Assembly: GCA_944372545.1 (NCBI GenBank) | Contig: CALVZO010000016.1 | Coordinates: forward strand, 21,668-85,667 | DNA: 64,000 nucleotides | Direction: 5' to 3' | Source: an uncultured Bacilli bacterium | Lineage (GTDB): Bacteria > Bacillota_I > Bacilli_A > RF39 > UBA660 | In this document: piece after piece, positions 30,684 through 41,492 of the stretch | How the letters are laid out: each line of letters opens with the position of its first letter | How positions within the stretch are numbered: position 1 is the first letter of the stretch | Program-made: the position numbers and the translations under genes | The notes under the pieces: generated by a model | Told to the model about the DNA's origin: nothing | Database searches by the model: none | The model's input: only the letters and a program-made list of their open reading frames with translations

Positions 30684-32011
30684 TATTTAATCTCCTTTAC
30701 TATCGCATCAATTTCACCATCATATAATCTCACATTTATTATATCATTTTTCTTTAATTCTTTACTACTTTTAATTATCTTTTCATCTACTTTAACTAAC
30801 GAATAACCATTACTAAGTATATTTAAAGGATTAACTAATTTTAAAGTATTAATTAAATAATCAAGATTATGTTTCGTATTAATTAATAATTTATCTATAT
30901 GATTATTTAAATTTATCTTTATATCTTTTAATTTATTTTGATTATTTATAATAATTTTACTAGGATTAACTAACTTTAAATTATTAAAATCTATTTCTAA
31001 CTTATGTTGTTTATTTTCTAATAATCCATTAATACTTTTATGTAGATTATCAATTAATTTATCTAGCATTTGCTCTTTCATTTCATATAAAGTCATTGGA
31101 TTTTTTAAAACATAAGCATTTTTTAAATTATATAAAGAAATAAATTTTGTATTAACTAAAGTTTTAATATTTTTATTTAATCGTAATTTGTATTGATTAA
31201 TTAAATTTATAATATCGCTTTTTGTTGGTACAGCCATTTCTGCCGCTCCAGTTGGAGTTGGGGCTCTTAAATCAGCAACAAAATCGGCAATTGTAAAATC
31301 TGGCTCATGACCTACAGCGCTTATTATTGGTGTTTTTGCATTATATATTGCTCTTGCAACAACTTCTTCATTAAATGCCCATAAATCTTCAATAGAACCA
31401 CCACCGCGACCAACAATTAAAGTATCACAATTATAATTATCAGCAACTTCAATTTGATGCACAATATTAGGAGCAGCATTTTCGCCTTGAACCAAAGTAG
31501 GGAATAAAATAACTTCACATAATGGGTATCTTCTTTTAATAGTGCTCATAATATCTCTAACGGCTGCTCCAGTATCGGCAGTTATTACTCCAATTCTTTC
31601 TGGAAATCTTGGAATTGGCTTTTTATGCTCTTTATTAAATAATCCTTCTTTATATAATTTTTCTTTTAATTTTTCAAATTCTAAATAAAGATTTCCTAAT
31701 CCATCTAATTCCATTGCTTCTACATATATTTGATAACTACCACTTGCAGGATAAGCAGAAATTCTTCCTGTAACTAAAACTTTCATACCATCTTCGGGAA
31801 CAAATTTTAATGTCCTTGTATTATTTTGAAACATTACTGCATTAAGTCTTGATGCTTCATCTTTTAAAGTAAAATAAAAATGCCCTCTTGTATGATTTTT
31901 AAAATTAGAAATTTCTCCTTTTAAATAAACTCTAGTTAAATTAAAATCATTATCTAAAATTGACTTAATATAATTATTTAATTCTGTTATAGTTTGATAT
32001 TCTCTATTCAT
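30683..32011 (-). CDS. xseA: exodeoxyribonuclease VII large subunit
   Basis: 442 aa. N-terminal OB fold (VYLKGEISNFKNHTRGHFYFTLKD) plus the catalytic domain. It overlaps xseB by 1 nt. Confidence 0.88.
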   Translation of the reverse strand: MNREYQTITELNNYIKSILDNDFNLTRVYLKGEISNFKNHTRGHFYFTLKDEASRLNAVMFQNNTRTLKFVPEDGMKVLVTGRISAYPASGSYQIYVEAMELDGLGNLYLEFEKLKEKLYKEGLFNKEHKKPIPRFPERIGVITADTGAAVRDIMSTIKRRYPLCEVILFPTLVQGENAAPNIVHQIEVADNYNCDTLIVGRGGGSIEDLWAFNEEVVARAIYNAKTPIISAVGHEPDFTIADFVADLRAPTPTGAAEMAVPTKSDIINLINQYKLRLNKNIKTLVNTKFISLYNLKNAYVLKNPMTLYEMKEQMLDKLIDNLHKSINGLLENKQHKLEIDFNNLKLVNPSKIIINNQNKLKDIKINLNNHIDKLLINTKHNLDYLINTLKLVNPLNILSNGYSLVKVDEKIIKSSKELKKNDIINVRLYDGEIDAIVKEIK

Positions 32012-32020
32012 ATATACCCT

Positions 32021-32413
32021 TTATTCTTTAATAATTTTATCTAATACTGCATTAATAATTTTTCTAACACTTTCATCACTATATTTTTTGGCTAGTATTA
32101 TGGCTTCATTAATTACGACAACCTCCGGAGTATCAGTATACAATAATTCAAAAATAGCAATTCTTAAAATAGATGCTCCTAGTTTTTCTAACCTTTCAAT
32201 ATTCCACTCACTTATATATTTATTGGCTTTTTCATCAATTTCTTTTTGATGCGTAATTACACCATAAACAATGTCTTTTACAAAATCATTTTCAATTTCT
32301 AAATTATTTTTCATTATTTCTTCTAATGAGATAATATTACTATTCTTAAGTAAATCCCATTGATATAAAATAATCATACATTTTTCTCTTAATTCACTTC
32401 TTGTCTTTGCCAT
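32021..32413 (-). CDS. nusB: transcription antitermination factor NusB
   Basis: 130 aa. The R..AR..A..LYQ-like N-terminus (RSELREKCMIILYQWDL). Confidence 0.85.
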   Translation of the reverse strand: MAKTRSELREKCMIILYQWDLLKNSNIISLEEIMKNNLEIENDFVKDIVYGVITHQKEIDEKANKYISEWNIERLEKLGASILRIAIFELLYTDTPEVVVINEAIILAKKYSDESVRKIINAVLDKIIKE

Positions 32414-32462
32414 AAAATCACCAACTACCTAATTATATCAAAAGTTATTTTAAATTAATAGA

Positions 32463-35036
32463 TTATTTTTTCAAATTCATTTGTAATTCATATAAATAAT
32501 TTAAGGCTTCAATTGGAGTCATTTCAAGAGGATTCAAAGAAAGTATTTTATCTTTTAATTCATCACTCTTTTCCTCTTCTTCTTCAAATGAAAAACTTAA
32601 TTGTACTTTTTCTTCTTTACATTTTACTTTATTATTTTCATATTCTCTTAAAATACTATCTGCTCTTTTTAATAAACTTTCTGGCATATTAGCAAGTCTT
32701 GCTACATGAATACCATAACTTTTATCAACAGCACCATTTTTAATTTTATGTAAAAATGTAATTTTACCTTCTTCTTCAATTGCCGATACATGAACATTTT
32801 TAATTGTTTTATATTTTTTTTCTAAACTAGTTAATTCATGATAATGAGTTGAAAATAAAGTTAAGGCCTTAATATTTTCACTAATATATTCTAGTATTGC
32901 TTGGGCTAGAGATATACCATCAAAAGTTGCCGTTCCTCTTCCAAGTTCATCAAATATAATTAAACTATTTTCCGTTGCATTTACTAAAGCATTTCTTGCT
33001 TCTTTCATTTCCACCATAAAAGTAGATTCCCCACTTACTAGATCATCACTTGCTCCAATACGCGTAAATATTTTATCAATTATTGGTAAATTTGCTGATT
33101 CTGCCGGAACAAAAGAACCCATTTGAGCCATCAAAATAGTTATGGCAATTTGGCGCATGTAAGTTGATTTACCACTCATGTTTGGTCCCGTAATTAAAAG
33201 GGTACTATTGGAAGAATCCATTTTACAGTCATTTTCAACATAAGTATCTTTTGATACTAATTCTACAACTGGGTGTCTTCCCTTAATAACTTCTAATTTT
33301 TTTTCTGTATTTAATTTAGGTCTTACTAAATTATATTCTTCACTACAAATAGATAAAGAAAGTATAGCATCTATTTCACTAATAACATCGGCAGTCTTTT
33401 TAATTTTTAAAATTTCTTTTTTAATTATATTTCTTATTTTCAAAAATAAATTATATTCTAAATCAATTATTTTTTCTTCAGCATTTAATATAAGTGCTTC
33501 TTTTTCTTTTAATTCTGGAGAAATAAAACGCTCACAATTAGTCAAAGTTTGTCTTCTTTCCCAACCAAATTCTTCTTTTACTTCTTTTATTTGTCCTTTA
33601 CTAATTTCAATATAATAACCAAATACTTTATTAAAACCAACTTTTAAGTTTTTAATTCCTGTTTCTTCTTTTAATTTATTTTCAAAAGAAGCCACATATT
33701 CTTTTCCACCACTTCTTATATTTTTTAATTCATCTAATTCTTCATTATAACCACTTTTAATTAGCGATCCTTCTTTTATCGTAATTGGAGGATTTTCTGC
33801 AATAGACATATCTAATAACATATATATTTCTTGATGTGTATCGATATTTTCCTTAAATTCTAAAGTATCAATTATCTCTTTTATTCTTGGTAATACTTTA
33901 AGACTATTTTTAAATTGTAATAAATCTCTGCCATTAGCACTACCAGCATTAATTTTTCCACATAATCTTTCTAAATCATATATTTCATATAAGAGATTTT
34001 TTAATTCATCTTTTAAAATAAAATTATTATTTAATATTTCTATTTTATTATATCTTTCATTAAGTAAATCTATATTTTTTAAAGGGTGCATTAGAAAACT
34101 TTTTAATTTTCTTGAACCCATCGCAGTCTTACATTTATCTAATAGCCATATTAATGAATAAGTTCTATCTTTTAAACGAATAGTTTCAAATAATTCTAAA
34201 TTTCTAACTGTATGAATGTCCATCTTTAAGAAATCTACTTTATTAATAATGTTACACTCATTAAAATGTTCAATACTTTTTAATTCTTTAACTACTAAAT
34301 AATAAAATAAATGGTTTATACCGGCTTTAGCCCTAGCATCTACAATATTTTTAAAAAATTCAAAATCTTCATTTAAATAATCTTTACTAAATACTACTTC
34401 AATATTATATTTATTTTTTAATAAATCTACTAATTGAATATTGGTATTATCAAGAAGAATTACTTCTTTAATACCTAAACTTAATACTTCACTAATTAAG
34501 TCATCAACATTTTTATTCAAACTAAGACTATTTAATTCACCCGTTGAAATATCGGCATAAGTTAAAACATAAATATCACTAAATTCTAAAATACTTGCTA
34601 TATAAGAATTGTTTTTATCATCAAGTAATTCAAAATCAGTAATTGTCCCTTTACTTATAACATCTACTACTCCTCTTTTTACTGTATCTTTAGTAGTTTT
34701 TGGGTCTTCTAATTGTTCACATAACGCAACTCGGTACCCTTTATTAACTAATTTTTCAATATAACCTTTTACAGCATGATAGGGAACTCCACACATTGGT
34801 ACTCGTTCTTCTAATCCGGCTTGTTTTCCTGTTAAAGTAAGTTCTAATTCCCGAGATGCTGTAATACCATCTTCAAAAAATAATTCATAAAAATCCCCAA
34901 GACGAAAAAATAAAAGTTCTTCTTTATATTGATCTTTTATTTCCATATATTGCCGCATCATGGGACTTAATTTTGTTCTATCTACTTCATTTCTTTTCAT
35001 AATTTGTATTATACTATTTATTTTTCTTATTGACAA
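32463..35036 (-). CDS. mutS: DNA mismatch repair protein MutS
   Basis: 857 aa. Mismatch-binding N-terminus (MMRQYMEIK, GDFYELF), Walker A ITGPNMSGKSTYMRQ, and a C-terminal HTH-like tail. Confidence 0.9.
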   Translation of the reverse strand: MSIRKINSIIQIMKRNEVDRTKLSPMMRQYMEIKDQYKEELLFFRLGDFYELFFEDGITASRELELTLTGKQAGLEERVPMCGVPYHAVKGYIEKLVNKGYRVALCEQLEDPKTTKDTVKRGVVDVISKGTITDFELLDDKNNSYIASILEFSDIYVLTYADISTGELNSLSLNKNVDDLISEVLSLGIKEVILLDNTNIQLVDLLKNKYNIEVVFSKDYLNEDFEFFKNIVDARAKAGINHLFYYLVVKELKSIEHFNECNIINKVDFLKMDIHTVRNLELFETIRLKDRTYSLIWLLDKCKTAMGSRKLKSFLMHPLKNIDLLNERYNKIEILNNNFILKDELKNLLYEIYDLERLCGKINAGSANGRDLLQFKNSLKVLPRIKEIIDTLEFKENIDTHQEIYMLLDMSIAENPPITIKEGSLIKSGYNEELDELKNIRSGGKEYVASFENKLKEETGIKNLKVGFNKVFGYYIEISKGQIKEVKEEFGWERRQTLTNCERFISPELKEKEALILNAEEKIIDLEYNLFLKIRNIIKKEILKIKKTADVISEIDAILSLSICSEEYNLVRPKLNTEKKLEVIKGRHPVVELVSKDTYVENDCKMDSSNSTLLITGPNMSGKSTYMRQIAITILMAQMGSFVPAESANLPIIDKIFTRIGASDDLVSGESTFMVEMKEARNALVNATENSLIIFDELGRGTATFDGISLAQAILEYISENIKALTLFSTHYHELTSLEKKYKTIKNVHVSAIEEEGKITFLHKIKNGAVDKSYGIHVARLANMPESLLKRADSILREYENNKVKCKEEKVQLSFSFEEEEEKSDELKDKILSLNPLEMTPIEALNYLYELQMNLKK

Positions 35037-35050
35037 TTAAAAAAGATGCT

Positions 35051-36070
35051 TTATCTTGATTCTAAATAAGTAATCGCATCTTTCAAACATGATACTGAAA
35101 CAATTTCAATATCTAAATTTCTCTCCTCTTTTATTTTTATTGCTTCTTCATAATTTTCTTCCGGACACAAGAATATATCTGCCCCCTTTTTAGAAGCCCC
35201 TAAAACTTTGTATTTAATTCCTCCAATTTCTTCAACTGTGCCATCACTATTAATTTCCCCAGTACCAACTATATCTAGCCCTCTTGTTATATCTTCTTCT
35301 ACTAAAGCATTATATATAGCCAAACTCATCATTAGGCCTCCGCTACTACCTGATTCATTATCTTTCATTTTAACAGTAACTGGTATTTCTGTTTCATAAT
35401 CATAATTAGTTTTAAATGATACTCCCATTTTTAAAGTATTATCACTATCTAAATAAAGAGTAGCAGTTCTTTCATATTCTTTATCATTATTTATAACTTT
35501 AATTTTTAAAGTATCTCCTTCATTAAATGTATTTACATATTCTTTAGCATCATCTAAAGAATTAATTTTATAATCATTAATCGATATAATTCTATCTCCT
35601 ACTTCTATATCAGTATTAGCATACTCACTAATATACATAACAATATTTATTGTATCTTTTATTTTAATTCCTCGCCCTGATTCATTGAAGGCTGCAATTA
35701 TGGCATTATCTATTCCATCATTTAAATATTCTTTACCAATTTCTAAAACATCTTCGTAATCATTACCTTCACCCGTAATATCACTTAAAGGTATTAAATC
35801 CCAATCTGGTAATATGTAAGATAGTAAAATAAAAACCGAAGTCCCTTTAACAGCAGTAACATAACTCATAGAAAAAGACCCCTCTTCAGTATACTCAGTA
35901 TCAATTATAACTCGGTCTTCTAAATTAATTGTTCCCCCACTTTTATATATTATATAAGGAAATTCATAATAAAACATAAATAAAAGAATTGTAAAAATAA
36001 TTAAAAATTTATAATTTAATTTGATAAATGACTTTATTTTTTCATATATTTTATTAATCACAGATATCAC
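35051..36070 (-). CDS. YlbL/SdrC-like membrane-anchored protease with a PDZ domain and a Lon-like S16 domain
   Basis: N-terminal TM helix, a PDZ segment (VGDRIISINDYKINSLDDAKEYV), and a Lon C-terminal catalytic Ser-Lys pattern (GSSGGLMMSLAIYNAL...K). Confidence 0.7.
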   Translation of the reverse strand: MISVINKIYEKIKSFIKLNYKFLIIFTILLFMFYYEFPYIIYKSGGTINLEDRVIIDTEYTEEGSFSMSYVTAVKGTSVFILLSYILPDWDLIPLSDITGEGNDYEDVLEIGKEYLNDGIDNAIIAAFNESGRGIKIKDTINIVMYISEYANTDIEVGDRIISINDYKINSLDDAKEYVNTFNEGDTLKIKVINNDKEYERTATLYLDSDNTLKMGVSFKTNYDYETEIPVTVKMKDNESGSSGGLMMSLAIYNALVEEDITRGLDIVGTGEINSDGTVEEIGGIKYKVLGASKKGADIFLCPEENYEEAIKIKEERNLDIEIVSVSCLKDAITYLESR

Positions 36071-36101
36071 CTAGTTCATTATAGCACTTCGAGGTATTTT
36101 T

Positions 36102-37034
36102 ATGAATAAATTTAAAAAAATTTTCACACTATTTTTATTTTTTACTGTATTTTATATTTTATTCAAACATAATTATATTTTAAATAAAAGTGTCATTGAT
36201 GGGGTAAACTTATGGCTTACTAAAGTATTTCCATCTCTTTTTATTATGTTTATCTTAAATAACTTAATAATAAACCTAGATATATTATCACCCCTTAGTA
36301 AATTACTTAGCCCCTCTTTTAATAAATTATTTAAAACAAAAGGTAAATCTGTAAATGCCTTCTTATTATCTATTATAAGTGGTACGCCAACATCTATTTT
36401 TATTATAAAGGAAATGCTTAAAAATAAACAAATTACAAGTAATGATGCCAATAAATTAATTGGTTTTACTTTCTTTTCTAATCCCTTATTTTTATATAAA
36501 ATATTAAGTCTTTCTTTTAATAAATTTATTACTATTAAAATTATTTTAATTCATTACTTGACAAATATTTTAATTGGATTAATTTTAAGAAATAAAATAT
36601 ATAATAATGATGAATTTGTTTTAATTAAAGATAGTATAAATAATAAAAACATATTATCTTTACTACCTGAGACTATAAAATCTAGTTTAAATACAATGAC
36701 AATGATTTTAGGAACAATTATCTTTTATATGATTATAACTAATTTATTTTTAAGTTTTACTAATATTAATAATACAATGAAAGTAATAATAAAAAGCTTA
36801 CTTGAAATTACCCAAAGTCTTAATATGTTGCCGAGTTTACAAATAAAATCCATAATAAAAGAAATTATAGCTATTTCTATAATCTCTTTTGGCGGTTTAT
36901 CTATTCATACCCAAGTTTTATCTTTAATGAATAACACTAATCTTGAATATAAAAACTTTTTTTATTCTCGTATTTTACATGTTTTAATTAGTGCAAATAC
37001 CTATTTGCTTATCTACTTTTGTATTCCCAGTTAA
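36102..37034 (+). CDS. polytopic membrane protein, YlbJ-like (nucleoside-recognition/Gate-domain type), hypothetical
   Basis: 310 aa with 8 or more TM helices. Confidence 0.4.
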   Translation: MNKFKKIFTLFLFFTVFYILFKHNYILNKSVIDGVNLWLTKVFPSLFIMFILNNLIINLDILSPLSKLLSPSFNKLFKTKGKSVNAFLLSIISGTPTSIFIIKEMLKNKQITSNDANKLIGFTFFSNPLFLYKILSLSFNKFITIKIILIHYLTNILIGLILRNKIYNNDEFVLIKDSINNKNILSLLPETIKSSLNTMTMILGTIIFYMIITNLFLSFTNINNTMKVIIKSLLEITQSLNMLPSLQIKSIIKEIIAISIISFGGLSIHTQVLSLMNNTNLEYKNFFYSRILHVLISANTYLLIYFCIPS

Positions 37035-37631
37035 ATAACTAGCATTAGTTCTATTTAAATCACTTTTATATGAAGCATAACTAATTTCAATATCATCTAC
37101 TGCATTATTTTTATCTTTATTATTTCGTTCATGATATAAACTATTATATAAATATATATTTAATTTGAAATAATAATTATCAGATAAATTATCGACATAG
37201 TATGTAAAATTACCACATAAATCTAATTCTGCCCCTTTCATTTCCCAAGAATATTTTTCGCCATTGTAACTTGTATAACGTAAATAATATTTTGTTTGTT
37301 CTACTCCAAGTTCATCTGTATATGTATTAGAATCACTTCTTAAAGTAGCGGTCTTAGTATTTGATAATCCTTCCCTATAATGAAAATTAATTACTAAAGC
37401 CCCATTAGTAGAAGTATCAGATACTCCCACTAAAGTATATTTATTTAAATCTTTACTTATTGTATATATTGCATCAGTTCTATTAACTTGATTATTATAA
37501 GCAAAATTATTATTATCAATTTCATTTCTTAAATCAGTAAGTAATTGTAATAAAAATGTCAATACTAAGCCAATTAAGACAATACTTACTAATAATTCAA
37601 TTAATGTCATACCTTTATTATTTAATTTCAT
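36984..37631 (-). CDS. type IV pilin-like / competence-type pseudopilin (start moved to MKLNNKG, directly before the prepilin cleavage site)
   Basis: KLNNKG|MTLIELLVSIVLIGLVL is a class III signal peptide, with G-1 and E+5. It is preceded by an AGGCGG SD. Confidence 0.6.
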   Translation of the reverse strand: MKLNNKGMTLIELLVSIVLIGLVLTFLLQLLTDLRNEIDNNNFAYNNQVNRTDAIYTISKDLNKYTLVGVSDTSTNGALVINFHYREGLSNTKTATLRSDSNTYTDELGVEQTKYYLRYTSYNGEKYSWEMKGAELDLCGNFTYYVDNLSDNYYFKLNIYLYNSLYHERNNKDKNNAVDDIEISYASYKSDLNRTNASYLTGNTKVDKQIGICTN

Positions 37632-37641
37632 AAGTACCGCC

Positions 37642-39045
37642 TTATCTAAAGTATACCGTACATACTGTCGGTCCATCACTTGTTACTGTTAGAGAGCCAT
37701 TTTTATATTCAATACTTGCTCCCCCAGTACAACCGGCATTATATAAGTCATAACCAACTGTAGGTACACTACTTAATTCGTATTTTTGCGTAGTTCTGTC
37801 CATTACATAAACTAAAACTTTTATATCGGCATCAGCCAAATCAAAATAAACATTACATACATCATTAGTAGAAGCACTAACATAAACGACATTATTTTCT
37901 ACTTTTATAGTACTGCCATTTTGACAATTACTTTTATCTTTATTATAAATATAACCTAAACTTGGAATACTAGATACACTTTCATAAGTACCATCAGATT
38001 TTTCTAAATAATAATTAATTAAAACATTATCGCTATATTTATTAAAGTATGCCCTACATGTACTTTGAGTAGTACCTTCACCATAAAGAGTACCATTAGT
38101 ATAAGTAATTTTGGCATCACTACTATCACATATATAACCAACATAAGCATAGCCAGACCCAGGAATACTATAAGTCCTGCTATATTTTTTACCTGTTGTA
38201 TAACCATTTACACCAGTTTCTGTCTCTTGCATAATTATAATTTCGACTTTATCATTTCCACCTTTAAAGTAGACATCACACTCATCTTTACCGGGAGATT
38301 CTACTAAAAGAGCATTAGTAGCATCATCTATAGTAATTGTTGCTAAATTATTTTTACAACTATATGTATCAAATACATAATTACTTCCAGGTACAGTAGA
38401 AGTTTCACTATACATTACACCATTAAATTCATGACTACCATTAGCGTCTTCCTTATAAAGATTTAAAATAATATCCATTTCAATTTTAGTAAAGTATACT
38501 TCACAAACGGTTTTTTGAGAAGAAGATATTGTAATTTTTCTAGTACTATCATTCCAATTTAAAGTAGCCCCATTAGTACAATTAGAAAAAGAATAACGAT
38601 AAACATTATTAGGAATATTAGAAACTAATCTTGCTTCAGCATCTTCACTTTCTTTTGTATATATTTTTAAAGTTATATCTTGTTCGGCTTCTTTAAAATA
38701 AACATAGCATGAATCTCTTCTTTGGGCCGTAACTGAAATATTACCATTAATATAGGAAAGAGAAGAACTATTTTTACAATAACTAAATTTTGGTTCATAA
38801 ACATAACCAATTGTTGGTACACTTTCTTTTATCTCATATTCATTTGTAACTGGATCCCAAACCATTATATATAAATTAATATCGGCAAGAGATTCATTAG
38901 CAATATCTTCTTTGATATCACGTTTAAATTCTTCTAGTAAAAAACGAACTCTTGTATAAGAATTAAGTAAAAATAACATTAACATTAAAAATATAATGAA
39001 AAATGTATAAATAACTGTTGTTGATACAAATCCATTTTTTTTCAT
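37642..39045 (-). CDS. large pseudopilin: prepilin-like N-terminus followed by about six tandem disulfide-paired domains of about 70 aa
   Basis: MKKNGFVSTTVIY... is a prepilin-like leader without E+5. The repeat unit has the form C.VYF..(I/L)..Y....G.Y..VS.IP..GY.Y....C.NG......G.L.V...... Confidence 0.55.
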   Translation of the reverse strand: MKKNGFVSTTVIYTFFIIFLMLMLFLLNSYTRVRFLLEEFKRDIKEDIANESLADINLYIMVWDPVTNEYEIKESVPTIGYVYEPKFSYCKNSSSLSYINGNISVTAQRRDSCYVYFKEAEQDITLKIYTKESEDAEARLVSNIPNNVYRYSFSNCTNGATLNWNDSTRKITISSSQKTVCEVYFTKIEMDIILNLYKEDANGSHEFNGVMYSETSTVPGSNYVFDTYSCKNNLATITIDDATNALLVESPGKDECDVYFKGGNDKVEIIIMQETETGVNGYTTGKKYSRTYSIPGSGYAYVGYICDSSDAKITYTNGTLYGEGTTQSTCRAYFNKYSDNVLINYYLEKSDGTYESVSSIPSLGYIYNKDKSNCQNGSTIKVENNVVYVSASTNDVCNVYFDLADADIKVLVYVMDRTTQKYELSSVPTVGYDLYNAGCTGGASIEYKNGSLTVTSDGPTVCTVYFR

Positions 39046-39047
39046 TA

Positions 39048-39641
39048 TTACACACTTACCCAACTATAATATTTATGACAATTATCATTACCGTTAGAAC
39101 CAGTACAAATGTTATATTCCACCACTAAAATATAAGTACATGATACATCAACATAAATTGTTTTTAAATAACTTATAAATTCATCACTTAAATTTGCATA
39201 TATACCATTACAATTTTCATATTCGGAACAATTTTTATCTAATGAACACTCTAAAGTACATTTTTTTAAATTATCTAATTTATTTTCTTTTAAAATAATC
39301 ATTTGATTAACTTCAAAATCACTTAACATATTAGATATGTATGTTCTCTCTTTTTCATGACCACTAAATAATTCGTTATATTCTACTCCTAAGGTTACAA
39401 AATATTTGTCTTGATTAGAAGTGATATCATTTAATACAGACATAATATTTAATTCATTAATTCTTGTTTTAATGTACCAAGAACGATAAATATAAGCAAT
39501 ATCATCATAATATATTCTTACCTTTTCTGACTGTAAAATTTTTGTAAATGAAGAATAAAGCAATAATAAAGAACTTGTTAAAACTACAATGGCAATAATT
39601 GTTTCAACAAAAACAAAGCCGTTTTTCTTCATTCTATTCAC
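39048..39641 (-). CDS. type IV pilin-like pseudopilin
   Basis: MKKNGF|VFVETIIAIVVL has G-1 and E+5. 197 aa with several Cys in the C-terminal half. Confidence 0.6.
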   Translation of the reverse strand: MNRMKKNGFVFVETIIAIVVLTSSLLLLYSSFTKILQSEKVRIYYDDIAYIYRSWYIKTRINELNIMSVLNDITSNQDKYFVTLGVEYNELFSGHEKERTYISNMLSDFEVNQMIILKENKLDNLKKCTLECSLDKNCSEYENCNGIYANLSDEFISYLKTIYVDVSCTYILVVEYNICTGSNGNDNCHKYYSWVSV

Positions 39642-39666
39642 TTCCCTATTATTAATTATAACCTAA

Positions 39667-39706
39667 AGTAATACTTTTATCAATGAAAAAAATATCGCTC
39701 AAAAAG
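39667..39706 (-). terminator. intrinsic terminator downstream of alaS (AAAUAUUGC-loop-GCGAUAUUU followed by U7 on the minus strand)
   Basis: 9-bp stem with one G·U pair. It separates alaS from the pseudopilin operon. Confidence 0.5.
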
Positions 39707-39713
39707 CAATATT

Positions 39714-41492
39714 TTATTCTAAAATTCCTTTAATTCTTCTTACTCCTGCCCCACTTGATTCTTCTTTAACAATTTTAAAATGGCCAAGAACACCTGTATT
39801 TTCAACATGAGGGCCACCACATATTTCTTTAGATAAATTACCTATTGTATAAACTTTAACTAAATCTTTATATTTACTATCGAAAGTCCCATGGGCACCA
39901 CTTTTCTTTGCATCTTCATAAGACATTTCTTTCCATATTACTGGGGTATTGGTTTTTATCATTTCATTAACTCTATTTTCTATTTTTACCTTTTCTTCAT
40001 CACTTAATTTATGGTCTAAATTAAAATCAAATCTAATTCGCTCATGAGTAATATTGCACCCTTTTTGAATTATGTCTTTACCATAAATTTCTTGTAAAGT
40101 GGCAAGAAGTAAATGAGCCAGTGTATGATATTTTGTCGATTCAATTGAAGTATCGGCAAGTCCGCCTTTAAAAGAACCAGCATCAATTGTTCTTGATTTT
40201 TCTTGATGTTCTTTAAAACATTGATTAAAGCCTTCAATATCGACTTTCAAATTATTTTCTTTTGCTAATTCTTCTGTCATTTCAATTGGAAATCCAAAAG
40301 TATCAAATAATTTAAAGGCATCACTTCCAGAGATAGTATCTTTATCTAAATGTTTTATAACGCGGTAAAATAACCTCTCTCCATCTTTTATTGTTTTAAC
40401 AAATTTATTATATTCTTTTTCCATTTCTGTAAATATAAATTCTTTATTACGAATTAACTCTTCATAAACACTTTTATATTCTTCGATATAAATATTTGCT
40501 AAATCATTTAAAACAAAACTTTCAATATTCAATTTTCTTAAATGTCTAATACTTCTTCGTATTAATCTTCTTAATACGTAACCTGCCCCAATATTACTTG
40601 GAGTTATACCATGGTCATCTCCTAAAATAAAGGTGCTTGTTCTAATATGGTCCATAATAATACGAAAACTTTTCTTATTATCTTCATATTTCATATTTGC
40701 TAATTCTTCTAATTTTTCTTTTACTCCTTTAAAAAGAGTTGAATCATATACACTTTCATAACCATTTAAAACAGTTATTGTTCTTTCTAATCCCATGCCT
40801 GTATCAACATTTTGTTGTTTTAATTTTGATAAATTACCATTTTCATCTTTATAATATTCCATGAAAACATCATTCCAAATTTCTAAATATTTACCACAGT
40901 CACAAGCCGGATTACAGTCATCACTACATTTTGGTTTACCCGTATCATAAAACATTTCTGTATCTGGGCCACATGGACCAATGCCACTTCCTAAAATCCA
41001 AAAGTTATTCTCTCTAGGTAAATAAAATAAATGATCATCTTCTACTCCAAGACTTTTCCAAATATTATAAGATTCAGTATCTTTTGGAAAATCTTCATCT
41101 CCTTTAAATACTGTAAAATATAATCTATCTATATCAATACCTAAATATTTTTCACTAGTTAAAAACTCATAACTATATTTAATTGCATCTTCTTTAAAGT
41201 AATCTCCTAAACTCCAGTTACCTAACATTTCAAAAAATGTTAAATGGGAATTATCACCAACTTCATCAATATCACTAGTTCTAATACATTTTTGATAATC
41301 ACATAATCTTTTACCAGCAGGGTGGGCTTCCCCAAGTAAATAAGGAACAAGGGGGTGCATTCCGGCAGTTGTAAATAATACAGTTGGATCATTTTCAGGA
41401 ATTATGGAAGAAGATGGAATAATTTTATGATTTTTACTTGCAAAAAACTCTAAATACTTTTCTCTTAATTCATTTGCAATTATCTTCTTCAT
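39714..41492 (-). CDS. alaS: alanine--tRNA ligase, short form (catalytic, tRNA-recognition and editing domains present; no C-terminal C-Ala domain)
   Basis: Class II AlaRS N-terminus (FTTAGMHP, GNWSLGDYFK). The editing domain has HTLAHLL and CGGPHV motifs. Only 592 aa. Confidence 0.75.
   Translation of the reverse strand: MKKIIANELREKYLEFFASKNHKIIPSSSIIPENDPTVLFTTAGMHPLVPYLLGEAHPAGKRLCDYQKCIRTSDIDEVGDNSHLTFFEMLGNWSLGDYFKEDAIKYSYEFLTSEKYLGIDIDRLYFTVFKGDEDFPKDTESYNIWKSLGVEDDHLFYLPRENNFWILGSGIGPCGPDTEMFYDTGKPKCSDDCNPACDCGKYLEIWNDVFMEYYKDENGNLSKLKQQNVDTGMGLERTITVLNGYESVYDSTLFKGVKEKLEELANMKYEDNKKSFRIIMDHIRTSTFILGDDHGITPSNIGAGYVLRRLIRRSIRHLRKLNIESFVLNDLANIYIEEYKSVYEELIRNKEFIFTEMEKEYNKFVKTIKDGERLFYRVIKHLDKDTISGSDAFKLFDTFGFPIEMTEELAKENNLKVDIEGFNQCFKEHQEKSRTIDAGSFKGGLADTSIESTKYHTLAHLLLATLQEIYGKDIIQKGCNITHERIRFDFNLDHKLSDEEKVKIENRVNEMIKTNTPVIWKEMSYEDAKKSGAHGTFDSKYKDLVKVYTIGNLSKEICGGPHVENTGVLGHFKIVKEESSGAGVRRIKGILE

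Noticed and set aside
37632-37679. MMDRQYVRYTLDKAVL extension of the 36984.. pilin ORF and MGKCVI extension of the 37642.. ORF.
   Set aside because: Prepilin leaders are short (M-K-x-x-K-G). The extensions overlap the upstream gene and lack an SD; the internal ATG codons have one.
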